A stretch of DNA of 64,000 bases from Camelus dromedarius (Eukaryota): positions 84,756,001 through 84,820,000 of the forward strand of contig NC_087437.1 of the NCBI RefSeq assembly GCF_036321535.1, given 5' to 3'. Below are positions 27,691-40,380 of this stretch, one piece after another (position 1 is the first letter of the stretch; the number at the start of each line of letters is the position of its first letter). The translations under genes and the position numbers were made by a program. The notes under the pieces are model-generated. The model ran no database searches. It saw only the letters and a list, made by a program, of their open reading frames with translations, and had not been told where the DNA came from.

Positions 27691-29694
27691 TTTAAATCTC
27701 TTTCCTTGAAAGTTACCTCTCAAAACATTATTTTCCAGTTCATTTTATATTCAGTCATGTTTATAATAGAGAAAATGCACATTTTGTTGGAATGAAAGTA
27801 CCAGGAAGAAATGACATAAAGGTCTTTTTAAAAGGTGGCACGCAATGTATAAATACAAACTGAAGTAAGAGACTTTCAACAAAATGAAATTATTGTAGTA
27901 AAATTTCTAGCAATGAAACTTATGTGTCTAATAAACATTGGTAATTTGGAGGAAAAAATTAAAGAAAAGCATTGACTTGAACATAATATTGCTGGCTAGA
28001 AATGGGTTCTTACTGTACAAAAATTGAATGTTATTAGGCAGAGAAAGACTCTGAACTAGAAGATTCTCTTTGAATAAATGTATTTGGCATCCATTCTGGA
28101 GATTGACTGTCATTAGTGCACATTAGTCCTACCTTGTGAGATAGATAGCCATAGCAGACACTCATAGAAGATCATTTAGCTTAGGGCTCATAAAACAATT
28201 AAAATACATTTAGTGACTATAAGATAGGGAATACTGGATTAGATGGATCATTAGTCTCATCAGATGTACTGGTTTTACTTTTAGCATACTCTTGGGAAAT
28301 GCCACTTTATCTCTTAAATAATTCCTTTGGTATTGCTTGTGCAATATTAACTTGCCAAAGCCTTAGTTGTGACTTAGTTGTGATCCATAACAATAAATGG
28401 TTCTAAGAACTTAAGATAACATTTAAAGGTGTGAAACTGTGCTCAGTAAGATATTGTTGGTAACTTTTTGGAATAAGATTATGTGTGTGTATGTGCGTAT
28501 CATAATTGTGTAGGTTGGTTTGAGTCCTCTTATTTCTTAGCTACTCAACCGAATACAAAATTATAGCTTATATTATACAAAAATAGCAAATACAAATGAT
28601 TAGCATCCATAAAGCCTCACAAGATTGCAACTTAACAGAAATATTTGGCAGGTACTCACTAAAACATAAATATAGGGTATAGAATCTTTCTCTTGTCAGT
28701 GTTTATGTCAACCAGCTATGAAGACAAATACTTTGGACATTTTCCAAGAAATGTTTTTCCTAATTGTTGTTAGACTGTCCAAAGGGAGTCTTTAAAATAT
28801 AAAATCTTTTCAAAGAAAGTTCTTTTAAGTTTAGCTTAAAAAATTAAAAGCCTGGTGACTAAAATAAATTATATTCTTGACTCTAAATTACCTTTCTTTG
28901 AACTTCTGTATATGATGTGAATGAGCACAGCATAGGCCACGTTTAACTGAATGACTTGGTAATCGATGATCATAAGGTATTCATTATTTGTGTTTCTTCT
29001 AATTAGAATCTACATCCTAGAATAATGCTGTGCATGAGTTAAATACAAATGATTTAGGATGGCTCACTGTATGCATGCCAGTAGTTTAAAAAATGACCAG
29101 CAGTTCAAAAATTGCAACTTGAGGTTTATTTCAGTTAACACATTTATAAAAACAATGTAGTTTTTTTTAAAGGCATAGGAAAGTAACTGTTCATAAACCA
29201 TAGTATTCCAGTGGAGTCATGACTGATTATTTTATAGAATATAAAATAAGTATAGAATAAGTTCTCATAAATAATATATGGGACAGATTAAATTACTTAG
29301 TAATGTGAAACATTAACTCACTTTTTTAAAAAGTAAGTAAATAAATAAATATCCTTTGTTTCAAAAGCTAAAAGCAACAAGTGTAGACATTTTTATTAGT
29401 AGAATCAAATTTCCACTACTAGTTTAATTGAGTTTATGTAAAATTGTATGTGTTGGCTAAAAGTATTAATTATTATAATCAATTCTTATGCTTCCAATTA
29501 GATAACATATTTCCATTATTAAATCATTTATGTTCTAACTGATTTAGAAAATGTATTATTAAAATTCTGTGAATGTGCAGACTACTACAAGAAATAAATA
29601 TGTTGCAATATTAGTATATTTTAAAATTATGTATGCATATTTGTAAATTCAGGTGTAATTTTATTTTAATTCTTACTAATTTGCTCTTTTAAAA

Positions 29695-29830
29695 TTTAGC
29701 TTTTACTTATGAAGATGTAGATTTTCAGACAATTTAAGGTATTTGCCCAAGATTACATTTTCTAAAGAGTTAGAAGATATGTTTAAATGTGTTTATTCTA
29801 CACAATTTTAAAATGCTTTTTCTACTACAC
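29695..29830 (-). mobile_element. MIR SINE fragment
   Basis: ttttacttatgaagatgtagattttcagacaatttaaggtatttgcccaagattaca. Confidence 0.55.
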
Positions 29831-30509
29831 TTCCTGTGGCTGTCACAGAACTAATCTGTAGAAAATTATACATCTTGCTATTCATTATTTAATAAATGGA
29901 AATGTTGCACAGATTCTCAACACCATCATATTTTAAATGATAATTAAAACAAAATCTCAAAGATAGATACAAAAAGTGACCATCAAGTAAAACTGGGATA
30001 AAGAATATGCTAGATTGTAAAGTTCGGGAAAGTGCATGCATATAGGTATATAATATAAAAAGAGTTCAGTGAGGTTGGACCAAAAATATCCCATAGGATT
30101 AGACCATATGTCTCTCTATGTTACGGTTAAGTGTAGTAGATGAGAGATAGGGTTTGTCTCATACGCACAGGCCCATTAAGAAAAGAGCTTGTATTACATG
30201 AAAAGGGTAATAAACACGAGCAGATAGACATTTCTCAAGTCTCAATCTTGTAGAATAGAAAAAAAAAAAAAGAAAGATTGTCATGATATACTTCTCACCA
30301 TCCTCTCAATTACCTTTCAAATAATTGTAGTTATCCTTTGCATGTCAAAATCAATATTGGTTCCAGAATGCTATAACTAAAATGATGCTTTCTTGTTTTA
30401 TTAAAATATGGTGAGATATAATAGAAAAATAATAGTGAAGTTAAAATAAGTTGATCTTTTTCTATTTCACATTTAATATAAATGAACAAAAAGTCAAACC
30501 CAACTATGT

Positions 30510-31525
30510 ATTTCTCATGACTAGATGGAGGCTGAGGTTTTGGAAGGAAGACAACAAAAATAAAGTGACATTATCATCACATATTATCAAGGATCTATAT
30601 TATATATAAGTCTACAAACACTTCTATATGCAATCATCTGCATCTATGTTAAGGTAAACATAAATTCATATTGACATATCTAACTCTGAACCACATGAAT
30701 CATTCTGTCCTCTTCCTTTTGTTCATCTGGAACTTCTCACTCCAATAGGTAGAAACCTGGCTTTCAGCATGGGCCATCTATTTACTTACCTGTTCAATTC
30801 CAGGTGAATATATAGTGGGCTCAGAATTGTTGGCCTTTAGTTGAAGGGAAACACTTTATTACCTAGAATATAAAGCTTCTGTAGTCTTTCTTGCCCTTTG
30901 GTCTTAGAGGTCCTGCACATTTCTGAAGTTATTTAGCTCAGTGTCTTCTCCCCAGTCCTTTCTATAAGTTTTTGTCCTTAGTCTCTAATGTAGTTTGACT
31001 ATTTTGCCACATTCTGTGCTCCAGTCTGAGATATCCTGACCTGCTAAATTATTTTTTAATTGCATATATTGAGGTTCATTCCATGTGCTGTAAGTTTTAT
31101 TGGTTTTGACAAATGTACAGTGTCATGTACCCACTTGCACAGTATCACACAAATGGCTTCACTATGTTAAAAGTATCCCCCACGCTACACTTGTTCCACC
31201 TTCCTTTTCACCCTGAACCTGTGGCAACCACTGATCTTTTAAATGTATGTATAGTTTTACCTTTTCCATTTTGACATAATGTAATCAGATAAAATACAGC
31301 CTTTATACACTAACTTCTTTCACTTAGTGATATGTGTTGCAGACCAAACTATCTTTTGTGGATTAAAAGGGCATTTCCTTTCTTCACTAAATAACACACA
31401 TCGTATAAATGTACCATTTATTTTTATTTACTTATCCCCTCGTGAATGAAATCTTGATTGCTTGAAATTTTTGCCAACTATGGATAAACATTTGCGTGCA
31501 GATTTTGTTTACACATAAGTTTTCA
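30510..31525 (-). mobile_element. Ancient LINE-1 (L1MC/L1MD-like) 3' UTR
   Basis: gaggttttggaaggaagacaac, ggttttgacaaatgtacagtgtcatgtacccac, tggcaaccactgatctttt, acatttgcgtgcagattttg. Confidence 0.75.
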
Positions 31526-31949
31526 GCCGATCAGAACTGTTTTCAAAAAGCCTCTGGGGATAGGGCTTTTCCCAGGGAGTTGTGCTTGGAGTAAGATCAA
31601 ATAGTAACAGAGATGAAATGGTACTTTTCAAAGAAGATCAAAATACTGCCCATTTTCTGATGATGGGGCTTTTTTTTTTAAACCAATCTCCAAAAGAAGA
31701 TAAGTTCCTTTTGTTGGATAAGAATCTGCCAGCCCTCGTGACTACCACAACATGGCACCGGGGAGGGGAAATGGAAATAGCTCCAAGTAAAATGCCAAAG
31801 ATCTCACTGTTCTTACCAAAGTTCAATAATTTTTCTTGAATAAATAAATGCTTTTCAGGTTTTTTTTTTTTCCTGTGCCTTTGGTTAATAGCAAAAGTCC
31901 CAAAATGTTTGATAATCATTGTTTGGCAGTATTTTTATTTCTTACAGGA

Positions 31950-32660
31950 CAGAGTAAATTCACAGATGTCAGCTCCAACCTCTGAGAGTCCCACACTACT
32001 CTGGTCATCTCTTTTCTCATACCTTGCCAAATATAGCTGATATAAACCAGAAAAAAATGCTAAAAAGTTGTTTTCCGACCTCTTTCCCTAGACACATTCA
32101 TTCATCATACATTCTAGCTCCAAAGTTAGTCTAAGTGACACTTAAAACATTTTTTACTGGGTTTTATGGAATGCCATATTTCCAGTCTCTGATAGTAGTT
32201 CCCAAGCAACCAACTACCCAGCCCCTATGTCAGAGATGTATTTTAGTTACAGTAATTTTTATTGTCTTCAATGGCAGCAACTCACTTCTAGGTACCAGTT
32301 TCTGAATTAGTTATGATAGACTTAGTATTGAGTTATTTTCCTTAACAAATGATCCCCTTTCTCACTGGCATAAAACAGTAAGTTTTTGTTTCTTTTCTAC
32401 CCACCCAACGCATATTGGCAGAGAGAGTTCTTCTTATGGTAGTCACTCTAGAGTCAAGCTGATGGAGTCTCCATCTTAACAAATAAACTTGGCAAAGGTG
32501 GAGGAGACCTACTTGCTCAGAGATATACAACACTTTTGCTTACATTTCACTAGCAAAAACAAGTCATATGCGCATGACTCAGAAGAAGCAGGAAACTGCA
32601 GTCCTACCACATGTGCTCCTGAGAAGAGGAGAACTTATAACAAAAATATTGGAAATATAA
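31950..32660 (-). mobile_element. MaLR internal segment (to ~32302) joined to an MLT1K/L-like LTR (~32303-32660)
   Basis: Internal/LTR junction cacttctaggtaccagtttctg-aattagtt; LTR blocks cacttttgcttacatttcactagcaaaaacaagtcatatg and gcaggaaactgcagtcctaccacatgtgc. Confidence 0.7.
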
Positions 32661-34044
32661 TTCTCAGAACTCTGTCTTTGTATTGAATCATTCATGTTAG
32701 GGAGTAGACAGGCAAAGAGATAGCATTCTGATGCCTTTTCTGAGCATGTCTTGTATCTGTACTGCTAAAATCAGGAGAGTAGCTATTACTGTGTGTTTGT
32801 AGCTCAAGCCTAAAGATAGAGAAATATATTTTATTTGCAGTGCTAGCCAACATAGACTGATAGCAATTGCCCAGGGTGGTGTGTTGAGAAGTATTGTGAA
32901 GCCTCTTCAAGGCTCAGTGGAAAAGATTGACATGATTGATTAGTATGTTCCAGATAAGCAAAACTATTATAGACATCTAAAATAGGTAGTTCAATCATTC
33001 TGCTCTCTAGAGCTCTAAGCATACAATGTGAACAGCCATGCTTTAGCTCTAGAATGATAGAAGTATTTTAAACAAAATACCATGTCAAGTACTTCAGATA
33101 TTTTTGTAAAATTTATAGTAATTATAACTATCTCAAAGATAGAAATATCTGACATCTCATGGACAATAAAAAGAAGTACTACTATACTGACAGTAAAGTA
33201 CTAATTTCAAATATTCAGTTGTCTCCATATGCATATGCATGTATCTTTTAAAACATGAACTCTGGCTTGAGTATCAGAGAACGTTTATCTGTATGGAATT
33301 GACAATCACCAGCTGAGGTATATGATAAATTCTTTGGCATCTATTGAAAAATGTTCCTAATAACTGTATTTAATCAACCTTATCTAAGAAAACCCTGTCA
33401 ATAATTTGCCAAGTGCATCACTTCCACTACTACCAGGCAAAGTTTGGTCTCCTATTGATGAGAGCTGCTGCTGTTGTACGGTGGCTAAATTTTCATATGT
33501 ATAAGTAAAGCACCTTAAATTGTATTGCAAATTCCTTTCACTTCTAACAATGAGACACAGATTGAGCAGACTGATTTCGTTCTGTAGAATGAATTATTTT
33601 CCAGAATGTTTTTCTTCCCACTTGGCAAAACAAACCAAAAAAACTCTGCTGAGAACAACCCTAGGCTCCCTTCTTTGCTGAAACATTTGGTGGATGTAAA
33701 GTAGCGTTAATCTGGATCTTCTAAAGTATCTTAAAAGAGTTTTGAAATGCCCATTCTCACTAGTGATGTGGAAATAGGCATGGTCTTTGGGTTTTCTATA
33801 ACTAAAACAGGTCCTTTAGTTATATAAATAGGACTTCATTACCTAAGGACTTTTGTAATATAGATTGAATTTGCCATCATTGTAAATCAGTTACTTCTCC
33901 TTTGGCAATCACATGTTCTTACTAATATTCGTGTCTGGCAGTATTTTGTTCCAGAATAGGCCATGTACAATGTTTAAACTTGGAAAAAGTTTTGAATATT
34001 TCATAAAATAGATGTATATTATAAGCAGGGTTCTAGGAATTAGC

Positions 34045-34175
34045 TGTCATTTAGTTCATTTTCTTCCTTTTATAGAAAAGCTATAAAAATCTTCCAAATT
34101 TAATGACTTGTCCAAGATAACAAGTGACTTAGTGATAAGACCTGTGTCTATGTCTCCTGACTGCTAATTTAGTAC
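34045..34175 (-). mobile_element. MIR SINE fragment
   Basis: ccttttatagaaaag, taatgacttgtccaagataacaag, tgtctcctgactgc. Confidence 0.55.
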
Positions 34176-34244
34176 CAAACATTCCCCTGATACTTGATTT
34201 AAATTCAACAAATAGATTTATTATGTTTTATCCTACATTTATAA

Positions 34245-35040
34245 TTAAAATAATTGTCATTCTGTGTAACATCTTGCACCAAAATGTAGTTGTATAATAC
34301 AGCACATAATGTTATGAGTTTGTAAGTTAGAAATTTTGACTTGACGCAGTAAAAATGGCTTGTCCCTACTCCACAGTGTTTAGTGTCTAAGTAGGAGGTT
34401 TCAAAAAAAAATCAAAAAAACAAAAAAACCTCAAAGGGTAGGTTTGGAATGGTTTGGAATATTTGAAGGCTACTTTACTCACATCTGACAATGGATGCTG
34501 GAAAGATTCAGAGAGCCGGGTCCTGACACAGCTGTGACTCCTCAGGCAACTCTATCTCTATGTGGTACCTCAAAATGTTACCTCCAGCAGGGTGTCTTTC
34601 AAGTACTCACTTCTTATACGTCATCTTAGAGCACCCAAGACATGTGTCTCAACAAAGGTTGTAAGGTGGAAGCCACATCACATTTGATGACTTATACTTG
34701 TAAATCACTGCGACATGTCTGCCACATTTAATTTGCCAAGGTCGCTACAATCGTTCGCCAAATTTCAAGGGTAGGGCACCTGCATCTCCTCTTTTGTTGG
34801 AATGTATGAGCATCATATAAAAGTGAGATGATGTGTGATGGCATATATAGTGGTGTGAATGTTTTTGGAAAATATAGTCTGAAAGGGTTCTCCCTCTGGC
34901 CATAATAAATCAAAATCATTTCACTTTAAAAAGTATACTCATCCTCTCCACCAAAATTGCCAAGTCGCATCTTGTCATGGCATTGTCTAGGATCTCCAGG
35001 AGCAGACAAGCCTCCTCAAGCACAGCTGCCTCTTCATGGT
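34245..35040 (-). mobile_element. MLT1G/H-like MaLR LTR with adjacent internal remnant
   Basis: ggcttgtccctactccacagtgt, gaaggctactttactcacatctg, ggtggaagccacatc, tttttggaaaatatagtctg. Confidence 0.7.
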
Positions 35041-36254
35041 ATCAAGGAGAACTTTTAAATTATGTTTTGACAATTTAGTAAAAATAGTTTAAATTGTTTA
35101 TGAAGACATCCAAACAGTTTTAAAAAAAAATTAACAGTTGTGTATTTTATGCTTATTGCCTAAAATTAAAATATGCACACACTCACAATTAAGGTTTTAT
35201 GATACACATGGTATCTTTACCACATGTATCTTACTTATCATTTATGGAGACGAGTAGGATGGTTCTTGTACCTTCAAAAATATTTTTTCACAATTAATTA
35301 GAATATGTTTTCTGTTTCTCTGGCAGCATTTTCACTGCTAATTATGTTTTTATAGCCTACTTTAATCTATAAATAGATACATTTTAATCTATGAAATTTT
35401 ATAAAATTTTATTTCTTGCTGCTTTGAGGCATATAGTTTTGGATATGTAGTGCCACCATTGTGTCATGGTTTTCCTCTTAGTCTATGCAATCCCTTAGGC
35501 AGATAACTATGTCCTATTCACATTTCCTAGATCATTCTATGTACCCACATATATTTGTTGAATTATTGTTTATATTTTATATTTTCTAGACCCAAATATT
35601 AAAGAAAAATCTTTGTCTATAATCAGTTTGATTTAAAAAGGTGAAAACTTTTGGAATCTCAATTATTTCAGGTAGGTTTTAACACAAAGTATGAAAAATC
35701 ATGTATTCAAGAGTCTTATTTCTTCCATTGTCACTTTTTTGTAATGAATTGTTATGAAAAGTGACATGAATAGAATAAAGCTGAAAATGTAGTTACTTTC
35801 CCTCTGTCTTGTTTGATAGTTGAAATTTTGATTATGTTCCATCAGGAATGCTGCTTTTTTAAGGTTGTCTGTGAAGGAGAGAATTTGTTTAGTTCGCTCA
35901 TCCACCAAAGCAGAAAATTAGATTACTCTAGAAGACTGATCAGTAGAGCAGAAAGTTAGCTACATCTACAGGTGAGTGGAGGTGGCATTCAGATAGGAAG
36001 TCATGCTGTGTCACCATGTTGGCATAAAAATTATTCATTAATGTCTTTATGAAATAACTGTGATGTAAATGAAATATTTTATTGAAATAACCTGAAAAAA
36101 AAATCTAAGAAAAATTAAATCTGCTTATAGAAGCAGTTAAAAAAAGAAGAGAGAGTGAAAATATGTGAAAACTGAAGGATTCCAGGGGAGACACAATAAT
36201 ATAAATGTGTGAGAAACAGCATTTGTTAAAGTTTTCTATTATGGTCTTAATTAA

Positions 36255-36810
36255 AACAAATGGTGCCTTAAGACACATTTATTATCTCACAGTTTCTGTG
36301 AGTGAAGAGTCTATGCATGATTTAGTTCAGTCTTCTGTCTAGGATCTCATAAGACCACAATGAAGATGTCAGCCTTTCATTTGCTGGCTTAATAAGGAAA
36401 GCATCTACTTCCAAATTCACTTGGATTATTGGGAGAATTAATTTCTTTGTGGTTGTCTTGCTGAAGGCACTGACTTTTTGCTGGCTACTAACTGCAGACT
36501 GCCATCTGCAACTAGAAGCCACCCTCAGCAATTAGAGACCGCTTGTGGTTCCTTGCCATGTGAGCTTTTCCCTTGGCACTATCAAAACAAAGTAGATTGC
36601 TTCTACAAAGCTAAGGGAGGAAGTCTAACCAGTGAATTTGCCACTGATAAAGAATCTTACATAATATAACATAATCATGGGAGTGCCTTTCCATCACCTT
36701 TGCCATATTCTGTTGGTTACAAGCAAACCATAGATCCTTCCCACATTTAAAGAGAGGAGGTTATAAAAGGGTGTGAAAACCTGAAGTTGGTATGAGCTTA
36801 GAAATTTTAT
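36255..36810 (-). mobile_element. MLT1E/F-like MaLR solo LTR
   Basis: acatttattatctcacagtttctgtgag, gcatctacttccaaattcacttgg, gtggttccttgccatgtg, ccatcacctttgccatattctgttggttacaagcaa. Confidence 0.85.
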
Positions 36811-36835
36811 TACACAAGATTTGAGGATCAAGAGC

Positions 36836-37322
36836 AATGAGAATTGCTGGATCATACAGTAGCTCTATTTTTTATTTTTTGAGAAATCTCCATAATGTTT
36901 TCTGTAGTGGCTGAACCAATTTACATTCCCACCAACAGTTGTGCAGGGGTTCCCTTACCTCCACATTCTAGCCATCACCTGTATATTTTGTCTTCTTGAT
37001 GATAGTCATTGTAACAGATGTGAGGTGTTATCTCATTGTGGTTTTGTTTGGCCTTTATTTCCTTGATGATTAGTGATGTTGAGTATCTTTTCATGTACTC
37101 ATTGGTTATTTGGATGTCTTCTTTAGAAATATGTCTATTAGGTCCTTTACCCATTTTTATTGGATTTTTTTGTTGTTGTCGAGTTGTATCATTTCTTTAC
37201 ATACTTTGGATATTAACCCTTATCCAATATATGATTGGCAAATGTTTCTCCCATTCTTTTGATTGTCTTTTCATTTTTTTTTTTTTTTTGATTGTTTCTT
37301 TTGCTGTGCAGAAGCTTTTTAG
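36836..37322 (-). mobile_element. LINE-1 ORF2 C-terminal fragment
   Basis: gaattgctggatcatacagtagctctattt, ccaatttacattcccaccaacag, gtttcttttgctgtgcagaagcttttt. Confidence 0.9.
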
Positions 37323-38064
37323 AGAAGATAGTCTGGTCCTTATTTTCAAATGAATGACTTCATCAAGGCAATTTCACAGAAGAGCTGTCTGATGACGTAA
37401 TTGTTGAACATTTGAGAGTGCTTGCACCACCTCCTGAAAATGCATAACAATTTCACAAATAATTTGACTGTTAAAAGAATGCAACATTTAACCAAGGTAG
37501 TACAATTCCAGGGGTAAATAGGTAACTCTGAGTAGAGCTTTTCATTTAGAATTAATATGGAATATTGAATAAAATTTGATGTATTAAAACTTTATATATA
37601 TGTGTAATCAGCTTTGGAATCTCCTAGAACACACAATTCCTGATTCTCTATTATTCACAACAAAGTTCTTCATTTTAAAGGACTTGTTGACTAAATTCCA
37701 ATGACAAATATTATTACTAGGGTGATGCATCACACTTTAACACATGCTTGAATATCATGGAGGATTGAATGCAATATAACACATCTGCACTTCTATGATG
37801 GGTAAGCTGTTATACAGCTTGCAGGGACCATTTCTATTGTATTCATAATTTCTATTTTCTTCTTTTCCAGTTTCTGTTTTTCTGTTGATATTTACTATCT
37901 TTTTATTTATTATAAACATATTACTTATTGAGTCTAGTAATAAAAAGTGTTTTAAAAAATTTCTGTCAGCTAATTACAGGGATTATCTGGGAATCTGGGA
38001 ATCTATTTTGACTGAATTTCCTCTTGAGATTGTGTTACATTTTCATATTTCTTCATTTGAAGAG

Positions 38065-38573
38065 TAATGTTTGATTGTATCCTGGACATCGTGGATGTTA
38101 TGTTGTAGAGATTTTAGATTCTGGACACTTTATTTTTGTTATTGTTTTAGAAAATATTACTTTTATTGGATTCAAAGTGTAAACTCTGTCTCTTTGATAG
38201 CATCTCGAATCTCAGTTCTTAGTATTTAGCTGAGATGCTTTGATTCTGTCCCATGTTTGCTTGTTTAGGAAGTCATCCAGATATGTGGATAGAGTTATAC
38301 ACAAAAAAGGACATTTTTCTGGCTTTCACATTTTCTGTTGTCTTCTCTATTTCCATTGGCTGTGATTTCCCAAAATTTTATCCACTGTTTCTTCAAGATA
38401 CAAAGACTATGGGTTTCATATCACAGTTCTAGCTATCCCATGTAGTTAATGCCTTCCCTCTGATTAAATACTTTAAACCCCAATCTAACCCAAGAACGTT
38501 ACCTTTTATACACTTACTATCCTCTGTTAACTCTAAGGTTTTCTGTTTTCCTGTGTCTTCATGTAGTTGGGGT

Positions 38574-38607
<34 letters not shown>

Positions 38608-38690
38608 GCGCGTATTTTGACCAGAGTTTATAGTTATTGTCTGTAGTAGGGTCTATACAATGGGAGTTTATGTGCGCACATCAGAAGTGG
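38065..38690 (-). mobile_element. Ancient L1 (L1ME/L1M4-like) 5'-region remnant containing a (TG)n tract at ~38575-38612
   Basis: gattgtatcctggacatcgtggatgttatgttgtagagattttagattctgg and tattttgaccagagtttatagttattgtctg. Confidence 0.55.
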
Positions 38691-39168
38691 ATATCCCATG
38701 ATCAAAACCAGAAATTAAAGGATGCAATTCAGAGCCTCAGGGTCTTTTAGTGCTTTGTCTCTGTCTTTTCTAGATTTCTTCACTGGTTTAAACATGATGA
38801 GGCAGACCTCTTATTTTCTGTTTGCGAGATTATAACCTCCAAATAAATAACACTAATAGTCTATTACTGCCAAAGGGGATGATCCCTTAACTATTTAGTG
38901 ATGTCACTTTGAAATTGTATTTTGCAGCTAATCTCATTCCTTTTAGTCTATATTCCCAGTAGAATTTTTTCAATAAGTACCAAAATTTACTTTTACTTTT
39001 TGTAATTACAAATTGCTTTGGATGCAAGGAAAACTAGAAATAACTGAACATCAGAATACAATTTCCTTAAAAATATAAACATATATCGAAGTAGTATAAA
39101 ACAGAAATTTAACTATTTTATATGCATCTACATTTTAAAAGTGAAGGTCATTGAGACTTCTTGAATAA

Positions 39169-39327
39169 GGCACCCCACCCCTGTGTTTGCGCCACCTAGA
39201 GCAGGCCTCTGTGGAAAACTGCCCTGTGCATGAGGCAATGTATGCATTGCCTTTTTAGCTCTTTAGCAGAGGGCAGGATTTAAAACTAGCCAAAAAAAAA
39301 AAAAAAAGAGAGAGAGAGACAGAGAGG
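39169..39327 (+). mobile_element. Unclassified short retroposed insert (123-nt body, A16, (AG)n tail) with a perfect 16-bp TSD
   Basis: gagacttcttgaataa at 39153-39168 and 39328-39343; A-run at 39292-39307. Confidence 0.88.
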
Positions 39328-40204
39328 GAGACTTCTTGAATAAATGATTATTTGAATTTTGAAAAGTTATCTTGATTTTTTAAAGCATATTCATTTCTGG
39401 GATAGCTAGTAAGTGTTGCTTTTATAGCAGCAATATGATTATGATATCCATCCTCATAGGATCTTAAAATATTAATTGGAAATAGCAAAAAAACCACTTT
39501 GATATATTTAAAGTGATTTTGATTCTCCTTGAAAGAAAATTAATTTAAAAATATTAATAAATCACTCCCAGTGTTATTTGAATGATGCTTCTAAAATTCT
39601 ATCATATGACAATGGGTTAATGTAATCATTGGTAGGCATTTTTGTCCTTATTAGCAAATGTATTGGGGACCTTTTTGATAGATACTTCTTTATGGAAAGC
39701 TTTCACTGTTACCAAATTGACACACTGTTAGGAGCTTGCTAAAGATTCAAATATGCCATTCTGCACTAAAAAAGAGAAAAAAACCATAGGATGCAGACAT
39801 TATGTCTGCAATGAGAGTTTCAGGCCTGCTGTGTTTACTTGTTTCCTGTCAAAGAGAGTGGCTATGTTCTGGTGCTCAGGTGCCCTTCATACCACAGACT
39901 ATACCCTGAAGGGCATTTAGTGATATTGCATTCATAGGAATTCTTAATCTAATAAGACTGCTTTGCTTGGAACCCATTAGTCTCCACCTCTCACACATAG
40001 TTCTGTAGGGGTACTATGCTAATCGACAAAGATTTTACTTAACTGTTCGGAATAATTGAAGATACTTCAGGAGTTTGTATTTATGATGATACCACAGTAT
40101 CATGTTAGTAATTGTCCAGTAATTGATATGAATGTTCGCCAGTATGAAGCATTGATGAACTTATAGCATAACAACTGTTTCTGTGTCTTCCTTTGAGATG
40201 AAAC

Positions 40205-40380
40205 ACATGCCACTGACACACCGTAATCACCTGAAGTCCATAGTTTACTTTAAGGATCACTCCTAGTGTTATACATTCTACGGGTTTGGACAAATGTATA
40301 ATGACATATATTCATTGCTGTAGTATCATACAGAGTATTTTCACTGCCCTAAAAATGATCTGTGCACCATCTATTTATCA
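40205..40380 (-). mobile_element. L1MC-like 3' UTR fragment
   Basis: aagtccatagtttactttaaggatcactcctagtgttatacattctacgggtttggacaaatgtataatgacat. Confidence 0.8.
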
